64,000 bases of DNA from an uncultured Pseudomonadales bacterium (GTDB lineage: Bacteria; Patescibacteriota; Microgenomatia; UBA1400; MFAQ01), in contig CAZMCB010000002.1 of the NCBI GenBank assembly GCA_964564895.1, positions 2,721 through 66,720 on the forward strand. The letters run 5' to 3'. Numbering within the stretch: the stretch's first letter is position 1; every line of letters starts with the position of its first letter. The notes below the pieces were generated by a model. It saw only the letters and a list, made by a program, of their open reading frames with translations. It had not been told where the DNA came from and did no database searches. Positions 9,147-18,817 of this stretch are shown here, piece by piece. The position numbers and the translations under genes are program-made.

Positions 9147-9593
9147 ATGGATAGACAAGTATTTGATTTGACTGTTAAATCAAGATGTGAGTTTCTGGCG
9201 TTGGGGAAAAACAACAGTGCCCTTGCTTTCAAAGCCGGTCTGATCTCTGGACTGAACTTCGGACTAGCGAGACTGAAAGCGACTGAACTGATTCCTGACT
9301 GGGATTTGGTTGACGTTTTAGGAAGTAACTCGATCATTATCGATCAGGCTGTTGAAATGGTTAACAAATCGATGCCAGTCGGTGTTTTTTGTGACGCGTC
9401 GATGTTTTTTGAGCCCGAACGAAGAGCTGATCCACAGTTTGCTCGTGGATTTACAGACGGCTTCTTTTATGTCTATAACCTCAGCGATTTCTTTCTTTCT
9501 CTCTTTCCTCGGAATCAGAGAGATTCACGATTTAATGAAACAAAATTGATCGTGGAATCTCGTAAAGCAGAAATTATGCAGTTCCAACTTTAA
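9147..9593 (+). CDS. Orphan protein
   Basis: ATG 9147 lies 6 nt after AAGGAGG. Confidence 0.7.
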   Translation: MDRQVFDLTVKSRCEFLALGKNNSALAFKAGLISGLNFGLARLKATELIPDWDLVDVLGSNSIIIDQAVEMVNKSMPVGVFCDASMFFEPERRADPQFARGFTDGFFYVYNLSDFFLSLFPRNQRDSRFNETKLIVESRKAEIMQFQL

Positions 9594-9605
9594 AAAATAA
9601 TAAAT

Positions 9606-9631
9606 AGCCCCGCCACTCGCGGGGCTTTTTT
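9606..9631 (+). terminator. Intrinsic terminator, module 2
   Basis: AGCCCCGC-cactc-GCGGGGCT + T-run. Confidence 0.85.
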
Positions 9632-9645
9632 GTTACAATCGAGCT

Positions 9646-11055
9646 ATGCTACATCTCTACAACAGTCTTACAAAAAAAGTCGAAGAAATTGAACCTATCC
9701 GTGCTGGAGAAATTGGAATATATGCTTGTGGTCCAACTGTCTATGGATTTACTCATATTGGACATGGGAGAAAGTACGTAACAGATGATGTGTTGAGACG
9801 CACCTTGGAAGTAATTGAAGAGTTGAAAGTAAAACATGTCCAGAATGTAACTGACGTGGGACACTTGGTTTCTGATGGCGACGAAGGTGAAGATAAGATG
9901 GAGAAAGGCGCAGCTGCTTCTGGGAAAACTGTGTGGGAAGTAGCACAGAAGTACACAGAGTATTTCAATAATGTGATGGAGGAGCTTAATATCTTGCCTC
10001 CAACTGTTGTGTGCAAGGCTACAGATCATATTGATGATCAGATTGCATTAATAGAAAAAATAATGGCTAATGGATATGCATATGATACCGAAGAAGCAGT
10101 GTATTTTGACGTAACAAAATTTGAAGACTATGGCAAGATGTTTAATCAATCATTTGAGGATAAAACGGTAGGATCTCGTGATGAGGTGGAGACTGATAAT
10201 TTGAAGAAGCATCCCGCCGATTTTGTACTTTGGTTTAAGAGGGTGGGTAAATATAAAGATCACGTAATGCACTGGAGTAGTCCATGGGGAGATGGTTTCC
10301 CCGGTTGGCATATTGAGTGTAGTGCCATGAGTATGAAGTACTTAGGTGAACAGTTTGATATCCATACTGGGGGAGAAGATCATCTATCGATTCACCATCC
10401 AAATGAGATTGCTCAAAGTGAAGCGGGGACTGGCAAGAAACCATTTGTGAAGTACTGGATCCACACTACATTTCTTATGGTTGATGGTAAAAAGATGAGT
10501 AAAAGTTTGGGGAATCTTTATAAACTAACCGACCTTGCTGAAAAAGGATTTTCACCATTGGCGCTACGTTACTATTTCTTGACTACTCATTATCGAAAGC
10601 AGATGAACTTCACTTGGGAGGGTTTGACTGGGGCGAGAACTGCGCTTAGCAAACTCAATAAAATGGTGGTTGACCTGCGTGATATTTCGGTAACTGCTGA
10701 TGGCTGGTCAGATGAAGGAAAAGCTTACTATGACAAGTTTGTAGCAGCGATGGAGGATGATTTGAATACTTCCTCGGCTTTATCTATTGTTTGGGAAATG
10801 ATGAAGAGCGAAATCTCTGATGAAGCAAAAAAGAATTTGATCAATGTAATGGACTCTGTTTTGGCGTTAAATTTGGGGACAGAAGAGGATAAGAATATTG
10901 GAATTCCTGAGGACATAAAAGAACTACTTGCTAAAAGAGAAGAGGCAAGAAAAGCCAAAAACTGGGCTGAGTCTGATGCTGTCCGAAACCAGATTGCAGA
11001 AATGGGATATAAGGTTGAAGACTATGCCGATGGAGTAAAAGTGGAGAAGATTTGA
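9646..11055 (+). CDS. cysS: Cysteine-tRNA ligase
   Basis: [25 protein letters not shown]. Confidence 0.98.
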   Translation: MLHLYNSLTKKVEEIEPIRAGEIGIYACGPTVYGFTHIGHGRKYVTDDVLRRTLEVIEELKVKHVQNVTDVGHLVSDGDEGEDKMEKGAAASGKTVWEVAQKYTEYFNNVMEELNILPPTVVCKATDHIDDQIALIEKIMANGYAYDTEEAVYFDVTKFEDYGKMFNQSFEDKTVGSRDEVETDNLKKHPADFVLWFKRVGKYKDHVMHWSSPWGDGFPGWHIECSAMSMKYLGEQFDIHTGGEDHLSIHHPNEIAQSEAGTGKKPFVKYWIHTTFLMVDGKKMSKSLGNLYKLTDLAEKGFSPLALRYYFLTTHYRKQMNFTWEGLTGARTALSKLNKMVVDLRDISVTADGWSDEGKAYYDKFVAAMEDDLNTSSALSIVWEMMKSEISDEAKKNLINVMDSVLALNLGTEEDKNIGIPEDIKELLAKREEARKAKNWAESDAVRNQIAEMGYKVEDYADGVKVEKI

Positions 11056-11294
11056 TGAAAAGTTGGTATGTATATATTGTGGAGTGTGGGGACGGAACTT
11101 TATATACCGGAATTACGGATGATGTAGAAAGCAGAATATTGGCACATAATTCTGGTAAAGGAGCGAAATATACCAAAGGCAGATGTCCTGTTGTTTTGAA
11201 ATATTCTGAGGAAGTGATGGGAAGAAGTGAAGCGACAAAAAGGGAGATCGAGATAAAGAAAATGAAAAAGGGAATGAAGATTGGTTTGTGGTAA
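11055..11294 (+). CDS. GIY-YIG nuclease (UPF0213/YhbQ-like)
   Basis: YVYIVEC..LYTGIT..R..HNSGKGAKYT..RE. Confidence 0.92.
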   Translation: MKSWYVYIVECGDGTLYTGITDDVESRILAHNSGKGAKYTKGRCPVVLKYSEEVMGRSEATKREIEIKKMKKGMKIGLW

Positions 11295-11326
11295 GATTCT
11301 CACCAAGAACACTTTAACAATGGAGG
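11292..11326 (+). promoter_or_regulatory. Module 3 leader (best boxA match)
   Basis: TG-g-TAAGAT 11292; ACACTTTAACAAT 11309-11321; GGAGG 11322. Confidence 0.65.
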
Positions 11327-11332
11327 TAATCA

Positions 11333-11653
11333 ATGGAGCCTGTATTTATGGCAAATGATGTTGGAGGAGTGGTTTATGTAGGAAAAAATGAACTGGTGAT
11401 AAAGTTTTCCAAAGGAGTCGAACATAGCGTTCGTGTAAATACAAAAGAACTGTGGAAGTTATTGAATTCTAAAAAAGATGAAGACTGGGAAAATGAAAAG
11501 GTTTTAATTGAGCCAATGTATTTTGATATTGTTACTTGGAAAACATTTGTTTTAATCACCATTAAGAACTCAGTTCAAGATGATGATATTGCTACAGTAT
11601 TTCAGAATGATTTCAAAAAAGCCTTGAATGCTGTGGAGTATATGCCGAACTGA
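11333..11653 (+). CDS. Orphan protein
   Basis: 106-aa ORF with SD GGAGGT. Confidence 0.7.
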   Translation: MEPVFMANDVGGVVYVGKNELVIKFSKGVEHSVRVNTKELWKLLNSKKDEDWENEKVLIEPMYFDIVTWKTFVLITIKNSVQDDDIATVFQNDFKKALNAVEYMPN

Positions 11654-11660
11654 TTTATTT

Positions 11661-11685
11661 ACCCCGTCTTAATGGCGGGGTTTTT
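11661..11685 (+). terminator. Intrinsic terminator, module 3
   Basis: ACCCCGTC-ttaat-GGCGGGGT + T-run. Confidence 0.85.
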
Positions 11686-11701
11686 GTGGTATATTTTGCC
11701 C

Positions 11702-12832
11702 ATGCAAAGTAGCATCGAACAAGCGGGAAGAATCAAGATATATGCAATAGACAAAGACATACTGGACCTTAATGTGATGACAGGTCCAAAAAGAAGTTTG
11801 GCCTTGGCAGAACATAGAGATTTTACGGGAGTGCCGGAAGAGGGAATGGGCTTGATGCGAACAGTGATGGTGGCTCACTTGATAGCGCCATATTTTCCTA
11901 AAATAATTGAGACGAATTTTGGAGTTAGTGATAGTGTATTTATTAACGAGCTTTATAAATATTATGGATACAAACCACCCGTTCTTGAGACCACAAATGA
12001 AATTATTTCTAGAAATAACGGGGGAGAAGTAAAAGAAACAAGAAAGATTGAGATTGCAAACGCCCATTCTGGTGGTCTGGACTCGGCTTTTCGTATGACG
12101 AAACTAATGGAAGAAGGAAAGTCGGTGATGGGGGTACATTTACGAAACTTGAATACCAAAGGGAACAAGGCAGAGTTTGTGGCGAGTAAAACGCAGTGTG
12201 AAGAATGGGGAGTACCTTTTGAAAATGTGAAACTTAGAAATGGCTCATTGAATGGTGGTTTTGATACGATGAGAACTCGAGATTTTCTTTTGGCAATTGT
12301 TTCGGCGGTAACAGCATTTCCATATGGCGCTAATAAGGTGATGATTGAAGGGGGAATGTTTGATGATCCAGAGAAGGGACACTTTAGTGAGTATTCCGAA
12401 GGGTGGAAAATGTTTAATAAACTAATTGCTGATGCTAATCTGAAAATGGAAGTTGAGGGGATTGATCCAGGTGACGTGGAAACTGTTGGTGAGGTGATTA
12501 AACTGGAAAAGAGTTTAGGAATTGAGATACTGCCACTCATTCAAAACTGTTTTAGTGCACCGTTTCAGCGACCTAACTCGAGACAAAAATGGGAAAGAGA
12601 GACTCCAACTATTGCTATAAATAGTTCGAAAGAGCATTGGTGTGGAAGTTGCTTGAAATGCAGAAGAATGACGATGGGGAGACTGGTGTATCAAGATCCA
12701 AGACTTACAAATGTGCCAGAGTCTGAGATTAAATATTTTGTAAAAGATACTTACAACTGGCTGCGAATGTACAAACATAACGGGGACATGGTTTCAAAAA
12801 GCTTTTTGGATCATTTGGCTCGTTTGTGCTAA
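11702..12832 (+). CDS. QueC-like PP-loop ATPase with C-terminal Zn cysteines
   Basis: SGGLDS PP-loop; NCF...HWCGSCLKCRR; leaderless start at 11702 (TATATT 11690). Confidence 0.75.
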   Translation: MQSSIEQAGRIKIYAIDKDILDLNVMTGPKRSLALAEHRDFTGVPEEGMGLMRTVMVAHLIAPYFPKIIETNFGVSDSVFINELYKYYGYKPPVLETTNEIISRNNGGEVKETRKIEIANAHSGGLDSAFRMTKLMEEGKSVMGVHLRNLNTKGNKAEFVASKTQCEEWGVPFENVKLRNGSLNGGFDTMRTRDFLLAIVSAVTAFPYGANKVMIEGGMFDDPEKGHFSEYSEGWKMFNKLIADANLKMEVEGIDPGDVETVGEVIKLEKSLGIEILPLIQNCFSAPFQRPNSRQKWERETPTIAINSSKEHWCGSCLKCRRMTMGRLVYQDPRLTNVPESEIKYFVKDTYNWLRMYKHNGDMVSKSFLDHLARLC

Positions 12833-12871
12833 AATACTCGTTATAGGTCTTTAAAATATTTTTCGAGGAGG
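12830..12871 (+). promoter_or_regulatory. Module 4 leader
   Basis: TG-c-TAAAAT 12830; GGTCTTTAAAAT 12846-12857; GAGGAGG 12865. Confidence 0.6.
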
Positions 12872-12875
12872 ATGG

Positions 12876-13511
12876 ATGACACGTATTTCTTTGCATGATG
12901 GTTTGGCACAGGTGAAATATACTGATGTAACTTTTGTAGGCAGACATTTTAAAGTAACAAATTTGGTAGAACAACACCAAAAATTTGATGGATCAATGTC
13001 TGATCCGTTTACTTGGCAGATAACACGACGCAATCCTTTTGTAACTGTATTAATCCACAATGTTCCAACTGATGAGATTATCATCGTGGAACAGTTTCGT
13101 CCCGCAACAATGATGATGGATGGATTGTCCAATGGTGTTCCATACAAGAAAAGTGGAATGATGTTGGAGCTTGTTGCTGGAGGACTTGGTAAAGATACTC
13201 CTGAAGGTTGCGCTCGAAGAGAAGCTAAGGAAGAAGCAAAGATAGAGCTTGGTGAGTTGTTTGAAATGCCTAGTGCTTATCCTTCTCCTGGTGGTACTGA
13301 TGAGTATGGGTATTTATTTTATGCTCCGGTATATGTAGATACTACGATTAAAGAATATATCGGTGGGCTGCCAGAAGAGAACGAAGATATTTTTGTTCGC
13401 TGGATCAGATTTAGTGCGGCGATGTCGATGTGTTTGTCTGGCGAAATTAATGATCAGAAAACACAAAACGGAATACTATTTGGTGAAAAGTTACGCAGAA
13501 CACTAGATTGA
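12876..13511 (+). CDS. NUDIX hydrolase (ADP-ribose pyrophosphatase-like)
   Basis: VEQFRPA, ELVAG..ARREAKEEA Nudix box, YPSPGGTDE, ENEDI. Confidence 0.9.
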   Translation: MTRISLHDGLAQVKYTDVTFVGRHFKVTNLVEQHQKFDGSMSDPFTWQITRRNPFVTVLIHNVPTDEIIIVEQFRPATMMMDGLSNGVPYKKSGMMLELVAGGLGKDTPEGCARREAKEEAKIELGELFEMPSAYPSPGGTDEYGYLFYAPVYVDTTIKEYIGGLPEENEDIFVRWIRFSAAMSMCLSGEINDQKTQNGILFGEKLRRTLD

Positions 13512-13519
13512 GTATTAAT

Positions 13520-13550
13520 AACCAGGTTTGCAATCGCAGCCTGGTTTTTT
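13520..13550 (+). terminator. Intrinsic terminator, module 4
   Basis: AACCAGG..TGC/GCA..CCTGGTT + T-run. Confidence 0.8.
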
Positions 13551-13554
13551 GTAC

Positions 13555-13579
13555 AAAAAACCCGCCATTTCTGGCGGGT
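13555..13579 (-). terminator. Intrinsic terminator, module 5
   Basis: A6-CCCGCCA-tttc-TGGCGGGT (U-tail on - strand). Confidence 0.85.
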
Positions 13580-13588
13580 GAGTTTGGT

Positions 13589-14167
13589 TTAGTAAGCCAT
13601 ATGAGGAGTTGATGGGGAGATGTGCCACTGTAATTTTACTGAGCAGCTTGGACAAACCGATGGTTGCTTATCAAGGTCAAGACTTGTTTGGCATTTTGAA
13701 CAGGTCGCTTGAGACGTTACAACATAAATACCGTATTTTGTGGTGATCGGAGGTGTATCTGGCCATTCGAGGATTACTTCGTGCTTGATTTCTGAACCAC
13801 ATTTCTGGCACGAAAATAATGTTTGACTTGTCTCATTACATTTTGGGCAGATGAATCTTTCCAGATATGGATGTGCCATAGCAATGTTGTCCAATCCTTG
13901 GGAAATTTCCAGAAGGTTGGAGAGATAAGGACTTGCATTGGTCACCAAAATATATGAATCGTTTATTTTGATGATATTTTTTGGCTCAAATAGTATAAGA
14001 CAAACAGGAATCTGCAATTGAGGATTCTCAGATTTTATTTGCCAGAAACTATTACCAACACCGAGTATTTCGCCCGTAGGAAGTTTTACATAACCGACTG
14101 TATCAAAGTTGTGTCCTGCGGTATATTCGACATTTTTCCAGTTGAAATAGATTTTACGCTTAAACAT
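13589..14167 (-). CDS. Orphan protein with four CxxC pairs (double zinc ribbon)
   Basis: CPKC, CQKC, CSKC, CPSC; SD AGGAGG. Confidence 0.75.
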   Translation of the reverse strand: MFKRKIYFNWKNVEYTAGHNFDTVGYVKLPTGEILGVGNSFWQIKSENPQLQIPVCLILFEPKNIIKINDSYILVTNASPYLSNLLEISQGLDNIAMAHPYLERFICPKCNETSQTLFSCQKCGSEIKHEVILEWPDTPPITTKYGIYVVTSQATCSKCQTSLDLDKQPSVCPSCSVKLQWHISPSTPHMAY

Positions 14168-14175
14168 TTAAAGTG

Positions 14176-14212
14176 CCTCCTGATGAATTTAAAGTTCGAT
14201 GGAGAGATTATA
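14176..14212 (-). promoter_or_regulatory. Module 5 leader
   Basis: TATAAT 14207-14212; GAACTTTAAATT 14186-14197; AGGAGG 14176-14181. Confidence 0.6.
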
Positions 14213-14235
14213 GCTCAGCATGAGATAATAGTGGA

Positions 14236-15282
14236 ATGAGTTTAAAGGTTGGCATCGTTGGTTTACCAAACGTGGGAAAGTCCACGCTTTTTAACGCGCT
14301 TTTGAAGCGTCAACAGGCTTTGGTGGCAAATTATCCATTTGCAACGATTGAACCCAATGTGGGTGTAGTAGAAGTGCCTGATGAGCGTTTGGCGACACTC
14401 GCCAAGATAAGTAACAGCGGAAAGATTGTGCCAGCGACAGTTGAGTTTGTGGATATTGCAGGGTTGGTGGCCGGAGCGGCAACTGGGGCTGGCCTCGGAA
14501 ACAAGTTTTTGACTCATATCCGAGAGGTAGACGTAATATTGCAAGTAATGAGGGATTTTTGTGATTCTGAGATTGTCAAAGAGGGCTCAGTCGACCCTGA
14601 AACTGACTATGCCGTGATTGAAACTGAACTAATTCTTAAAGATTTGGAAACTGTGACGAAAACACTTGAAAGTAAAGATACTAAAGCAAAGGGAAACGAA
14701 AAGAAAAAAGCCGTAGTAGAGAGATTGTTTGCAGGATTAAATGACGGTAAACCTGCAAGAGAAATATTAAAAACAGAAGAGGACTGGGAGCTCGCAAGAG
14801 ATCTATTTTTATTAACTGCAAAAAAGGAGATTAAAGTTTATAACGTGGCAGAAGATGACAAGAGACTACGAGAACCGATGAGGGATAATTTATTTATTAG
14901 TGCCAAGGTGGAGTCTGAACTTTCTAGCTTGGATGAGACTGACGCTAAAGCATATATGGCAGAACTGGGAATTAAAGAATCTGGTTTGGATATGCTAATA
15001 AATAAAGCATATGAAACTTTGGGATTGATTTCTTTTTTGACGACAGGGGAGATGGAAAGTAGGGCGTGGACAACAACCTTAGGCGCCAAGGCACCAAAAG
15101 CTGCTGCCGTGATTCATACTGATTTTGAAAAGAAATTTATTAAAGCCAAAGTTTGTGATTATGAGAAATTTGTGGAAGCAGGCGGTTGGAAAGAGGCGGC
15201 AGATAAAGGCTGGGTTAGGTTTGAGGGTAAGGAGTATGAGATGAAAGATGGAGACGTGGTGGAGTTTATGATAGGGTCCTAG
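14236..15282 (+). CDS. ychF: Ribosome-binding ATPase YchF
   Basis: GLPNVGKSTLFN, NYPFATIEPN, DIAGLV, TGS domain. Confidence 0.97.
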   Translation: MSLKVGIVGLPNVGKSTLFNALLKRQQALVANYPFATIEPNVGVVEVPDERLATLAKISNSGKIVPATVEFVDIAGLVAGAATGAGLGNKFLTHIREVDVILQVMRDFCDSEIVKEGSVDPETDYAVIETELILKDLETVTKTLESKDTKAKGNEKKKAVVERLFAGLNDGKPAREILKTEEDWELARDLFLLTAKKEIKVYNVAEDDKRLREPMRDNLFISAKVESELSSLDETDAKAYMAELGIKESGLDMLINKAYETLGLISFLTTGEMESRAWTTTLGAKAPKAAAVIHTDFEKKFIKAKVCDYEKFVEAGGWKEAADKGWVRFEGKEYEMKDGDVVEFMIGS

Positions 15283-15284
15283 AA

Positions 15285-15341
15285 TTGACTTTTAGGCTCA
15301 GTCGTGATATACTATAAGTCTACTTTGAAATTTCAAGGAGG
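15285..15341 (+). promoter_or_regulatory. Module 6 leader
   Basis: TTGACT-17-TATACT (15285/15308); CTACTTTGAAAT 15320; AAGGAGG 15335. Confidence 0.7.
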
Positions 15342-15345
15342 AATA

Positions 15346-15540
15346 ATGAACCCAGGCTGGCATTTCTTTTTTGCAGTGGTTTTTCTCATTGCTGCACAGG
15401 TATTTAAAAAACCGGCATCAGATGTTCAAGATATGGTGAAAGTTCCGCCTTTGACTGCATCACTGTTGGTTTTTGTTTTTTACTTTCTTTGCGGCTTAGC
15501 AGCTTTATTGGGAATATTGAAAATATTTTCGCCAACATAA
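15346..15540 (+). CDS. Small orphan membrane protein (2 TM)
   Basis: 64 aa from ATG 15346; two hydrophobic stretches. Confidence 0.7.
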   Translation: MNPGWHFFFAVVFLIAAQVFKKPASDVQDMVKVPPLTASLLVFVFYFLCGLAALLGILKIFSPT

Positions 15541-15549
15541 GTTTTATTG

Positions 15550-15582
15550 AACCCTTTGAGTTTAATCTCAGAGGGTTTTTTT
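15550..15582 (+). terminator. Intrinsic terminator, module 6
   Basis: AACCCTTTGAG-tttaat-CTCAGAGGGTT + T-run. Confidence 0.85.
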
Positions 15583-15752
15583 GTGGCTATTTATGGTAAG
15601 AGCTTGCTCGATTTTTCTCAATAACTTCGTTATTATAATTAAAAATCTTGCGCTTCCTCTTATACTGAAACACCCATAATCACTGCGTCATTATGGGGAT
15701 TGGTATAGAATTCTCTGGTATAATAGTCGAGTTAACAAAAAACCAAATTAAG

Positions 15753-16076
15753 GTGAAAAAAACAAAGACAACCGAAACCAAACCATCGTCCATGGGCTCG
15801 ACTCTAAACAAGTACGAACTCGTTGTCATTTATCCTGTCTCTGAGAATGAAATCGGAGCCGAGAAAGCTATTACTGAGAAGTGCAAGAAACGCGCTTTGA
15901 AAGTAGAAGCTGTTGATAAATGGGGAACAAAAACGATGGCTTACGAGATTAAAAAACAGAGTAGAGGATACTACCTCAAACTCACTATCGAAGGCGCCCC
16001 AACTGCTGCCAAAGAACTCGAGAGAGATTTGCAGATGGATGATAAGCTGTTAAGATATTTATTGATTAGGATTTAA
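15753..16076 (+). CDS. rpsF: 30S ribosomal protein bS6
   Basis: YELVVI, WGTKTMAYEIKK, GYY, LLRYL; start uncertain (GTG 15753 or ATG 15792). Confidence 0.92.
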   Translation: MKKTKTTETKPSSMGSTLNKYELVVIYPVSENEIGAEKAITEKCKKRALKVEAVDKWGTKTMAYEIKKQSRGYYLKLTIEGAPTAAKELERDLQMDDKLLRYLLIRI

Positions 16077-16095
16077 TAAAAGAGGAGGAAATACA

Positions 16096-16605
16096 ATGAG
16101 TACACGTAGTTTAAACAAAGTTCAGTTAATTGGTAATCTTACCCGTGACCCTGAGTTGAAATACACTCCAGCAGGTACCGGAGTCTGCACTTTTGGTTTG
16201 GCAACAAACAGAGAGTGGACCGACTCAAGTGGTCAGAAACAAGAAGGTGCTGAGTTTCATCGAATAGTTGCTTGGGGAAAATTGGGAGAGATCTGTTCTC
16301 AACTAATGTCCAAAGGCCGCAAGGTGTATGTAGAAGGTCGTTTGCAGACTCGTGCATGGAAAAGCCAAGATGGAGCTGATCGTCAGGTAACTGAAGTAGT
16401 TATTGATGAAATGATTCTATTGGATGCTCCTAAAGGAGACCGTGCCGATGGTGGTTACGAAACACATTACAGTGCAGATGACGCAGTTTCTCCTATAGCT
16501 GATGTAACTGCCGCTGAAGAAGTGTTTAACCCAGAAGAAGAAAAAGTTGAAAAGAAATCAAAGAAAGAAGAAGTAAAAGAGGAGTCTGATGAGATTCCTT
16601 TCTAA
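16096..16605 (+). CDS. ssb: Single-stranded DNA-binding protein
   Basis: LNKVQLIGNLTRDPE; C-terminal DEIPF. Confidence 0.98.
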   Translation: MSTRSLNKVQLIGNLTRDPELKYTPAGTGVCTFGLATNREWTDSSGQKQEGAEFHRIVAWGKLGEICSQLMSKGRKVYVEGRLQTRAWKSQDGADRQVTEVVIDEMILLDAPKGDRADGGYETHYSADDAVSPIADVTAAEEVFNPEEEKVEKKSKKEEVKEESDEIPF

Positions 16606-16627
16606 TTAGAATATACAAAAAAATATA

Positions 16628-16858
16628 ATGATCACAAAAAAGAAAATCAGAAAGTCAAATAAGCCATGTCCATTTTGCTTGAAGAAAACCGAGCCGGTTT
16701 ACTCCGACCTTGAGTCTTTGGCAATTGGTGTGTCTCCTAAGAAGAGAATTGTGTCTCGTTGGACCACAGGTGTTTGCGAAAAACATCAGCTCCGACTTGC
16801 CCGTTCGATAAAACGAGCCAGACACTTGGCCCTTCTCCCTGTGACTGACAGAGTTTAA
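16628..16858 (+). CDS. rpsR: 30S ribosomal protein bS18
   Basis: CPFC, TGVCEKHQ..LARSIKRAR..ALLP. Confidence 0.95.
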   Translation: MITKKKIRKSNKPCPFCLKKTEPVYSDLESLAIGVSPKKRIVSRWTTGVCEKHQLRLARSIKRARHLALLPVTDRV

Positions 16859-16885
16859 TTAACAAATTTATTACTGTTTGTGCCC

Positions 16886-18091
16886 ATGAACCTAAAAGTT
16901 GTTAGGCGGTTACTTCTTGTTATCTTATTATCCGGAACACTGGTTTATGGAGGATTCCGATTGGGTGAGTGGAACACAGAGCAGAAGATAAATTCATTAT
17001 CGGAGATCGATACATCGTCGATGAATGCGGTACTGGAGCGTTTGAAGAATAGTTATCTCAAAACTGAAGACATTGATTCAAAGAAATTGATGTATGGGGC
17101 AACTGAGGGAATGACGAAAGCTTTGGGAGATCCTTATACCAACTTTTTCCCTCCAGTGGACAATAGTAGATCCAAAGAAGACCTCTCAGGAGAGTTTGGT
17201 GGAGTCGGTATTCAGCTGGGTTTTGTGGAAAATACTTTGGCTGTCATGACGCCTTTGAAAGATACCCCTGCAATGAAAGCAGGGCTTAAAGCGGGGGATT
17301 TGATTTTAAAAATCGTAGACACAAAAAACAATATAAATAAAGACACTGCAGGAATCTCAGTTGATGAAGCAGTGAATTTGATTCGAGGTGAAAAGGGGAC
17401 AGAAGTAACGCTTACCATATTTAGAGAGGGAGAAAAACAGTCAAGAGATGTAGTACTGGTTCGCGACATTATCAACGTACCCTCGACTGAAATTGAGTGG
17501 ATTGATAACGGAAAGGTGGCTGTGATTTCTGTCAATAAATTTGGAGAACAGACCTTAACTGAGTGGAAGAAAATTGTATCCGAAGTGAATGATAAAAAGG
17601 CAACCGGTGTTATTCTTGATTTACGAAATAACCCCGGAGGTTACTTGCAACGTGCTGTAGATCTTGGAAGTGAGTTTATTTCATCAGGAGTAATCGTGAA
17701 ACAGCGAGACAAGACAAATACAGAAGTGATGAATGTAGACAGGGCAGGTAAACTAATTGGAATGCCTTTGGTGGTTTTGATAAATCGGGGTTCGGCATCT
17801 GCTTCGGAGATTTTGGCAGGAGCACTACGTGAGAGAATCGGAGTAAAGCTTGTGGGTGAAAAGAGTTTTGGTAAAGGAACAGTTCAAGAAGCTCAGGACC
17901 TTCCTGATGGTTCTGGACTACACGTAACTGTAGCCGAATGGCTATTACCGTCTGGAGCAAATATACACGGCAATGGATTGGAGCCGGATGTAAATGTGGA
18001 GTATGTATACGATGAAAAGAATCCAGAAGCTGATAATCAGATGGATAAGGCTTTGGAGGTGTTGAAGGGTGTAATCATTGCCAAGAATTGA
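16886..18091 (+). CDS. ctpA: Carboxyl-terminal protease S41
   Basis: DPYT, PDZ GGVGI, LDLRNNPGG, SASASEI, FGKGTVQ. Confidence 0.95.
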   Translation: MNLKVVRRLLLVILLSGTLVYGGFRLGEWNTEQKINSLSEIDTSSMNAVLERLKNSYLKTEDIDSKKLMYGATEGMTKALGDPYTNFFPPVDNSRSKEDLSGEFGGVGIQLGFVENTLAVMTPLKDTPAMKAGLKAGDLILKIVDTKNNINKDTAGISVDEAVNLIRGEKGTEVTLTIFREGEKQSRDVVLVRDIINVPSTEIEWIDNGKVAVISVNKFGEQTLTEWKKIVSEVNDKKATGVILDLRNNPGGYLQRAVDLGSEFISSGVIVKQRDKTNTEVMNVDRAGKLIGMPLVVLINRGSASASEILAGALRERIGVKLVGEKSFGKGTVQEAQDLPDGSGLHVTVAEWLLPSGANIHGNGLEPDVNVEYVYDEKNPEADNQMDKALEVLKGVIIAKN

Positions 18092-18096
18092 CCAAG

Positions 18097-18120
18097 AAAA
18101 ACCCCGCTCTTGGCGGGGTT
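18097..18120 (-). terminator. Intrinsic terminator, module 7
   Basis: A-run-CCCCGC-tcttg-GCGGGGTT. Confidence 0.8.
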
Positions 18121-18124
18121 GAGT

Positions 18125-18601
18125 TTATATTGCTTCTTTAACGAGTGCGTTGATAAGTTTCTGCCGGTAGTCGTTTAGAAGTCGATTAGTTTTATTTTCT
18201 CGAAAACGAACACGAATTGTATCTTTAAAAAGCCTTACTTGACGATCAATGATAATAGGCAGAAGAACTTCTTGAAGATCGGGTTTGGACAAGGCAAGGT
18301 GATCAAACATAGCTACAGCTTCTTTGAAATTCATTTCGAGACAAGTATTGAAGATGGTTTTTGCTAGTTCTTCACTTACTTTAAAATCAATAAGTTTGCA
18401 ACGAAGATACTGGAAACCAAATTTATGTCTTTTGAAAAATTGGACGCAAAGAGAGTCGATTTCTAGACTGTTATCATTTTCTAAAAAGATATGTTGAACA
18501 AATTCCTTGATGTCTGGGAGCTTATTTATATCTACGATGGTCTTAAGAAGATTTTTTAGATAGTACTCACTTATTTGATACTTCTCTTTAATTTTTCCCA
18601 T
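18125..18601 (-). CDS. Orphan helical protein
   Basis: 158-aa ORF with SD GAGGA. Confidence 0.7.
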   Translation of the reverse strand: MGKIKEKYQISEYYLKNLLKTIVDINKLPDIKEFVQHIFLENDNSLEIDSLCVQFFKRHKFGFQYLRCKLIDFKVSEELAKTIFNTCLEMNFKEAVAMFDHLALSKPDLQEVLLPIIIDRQVRLFKDTIRVRFRENKTNRLLNDYRQKLINALVKEAI

Positions 18602-18608
18602 TTAATCC

Positions 18609-18812
18609 TCATTTTTTCTTTTTGAATACTTCAATAAGGGCAAACACAATGGCGAGAATGGCATTGACGATGATTTCATCGGCGACGATTCCGGGAGAAA
18701 CAACGAAAAACAATAGCCCGAAAAAGACGATGATAAGGATGTACATGAATATCCGTAACGATAGAGGTATTTCCTTTTTTGGTTCAGGGTTTTGCGGAAG
18801 ATTTTCTGACAT
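18609..18812 (-). CDS. Small orphan membrane protein (2 TM)
   Basis: Two hydrophobic helices, KKKK tail, SD AAGGAG. Confidence 0.7.
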   Translation of the reverse strand: MSENLPQNPEPKKEIPLSLRIFMYILIIVFFGLLFFVVSPGIVADEIIVNAILAIVFALIEVFKKKK

Positions 18813-18817
18813 GAGAT

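Noticed and set aside
15672-15698. Hairpin upstream of rpsF as an S6:S18 leader
   Set aside because: It lies upstream of the best -10 (TATAAT 15719) and lacks an evident CCR loop next to an SD.
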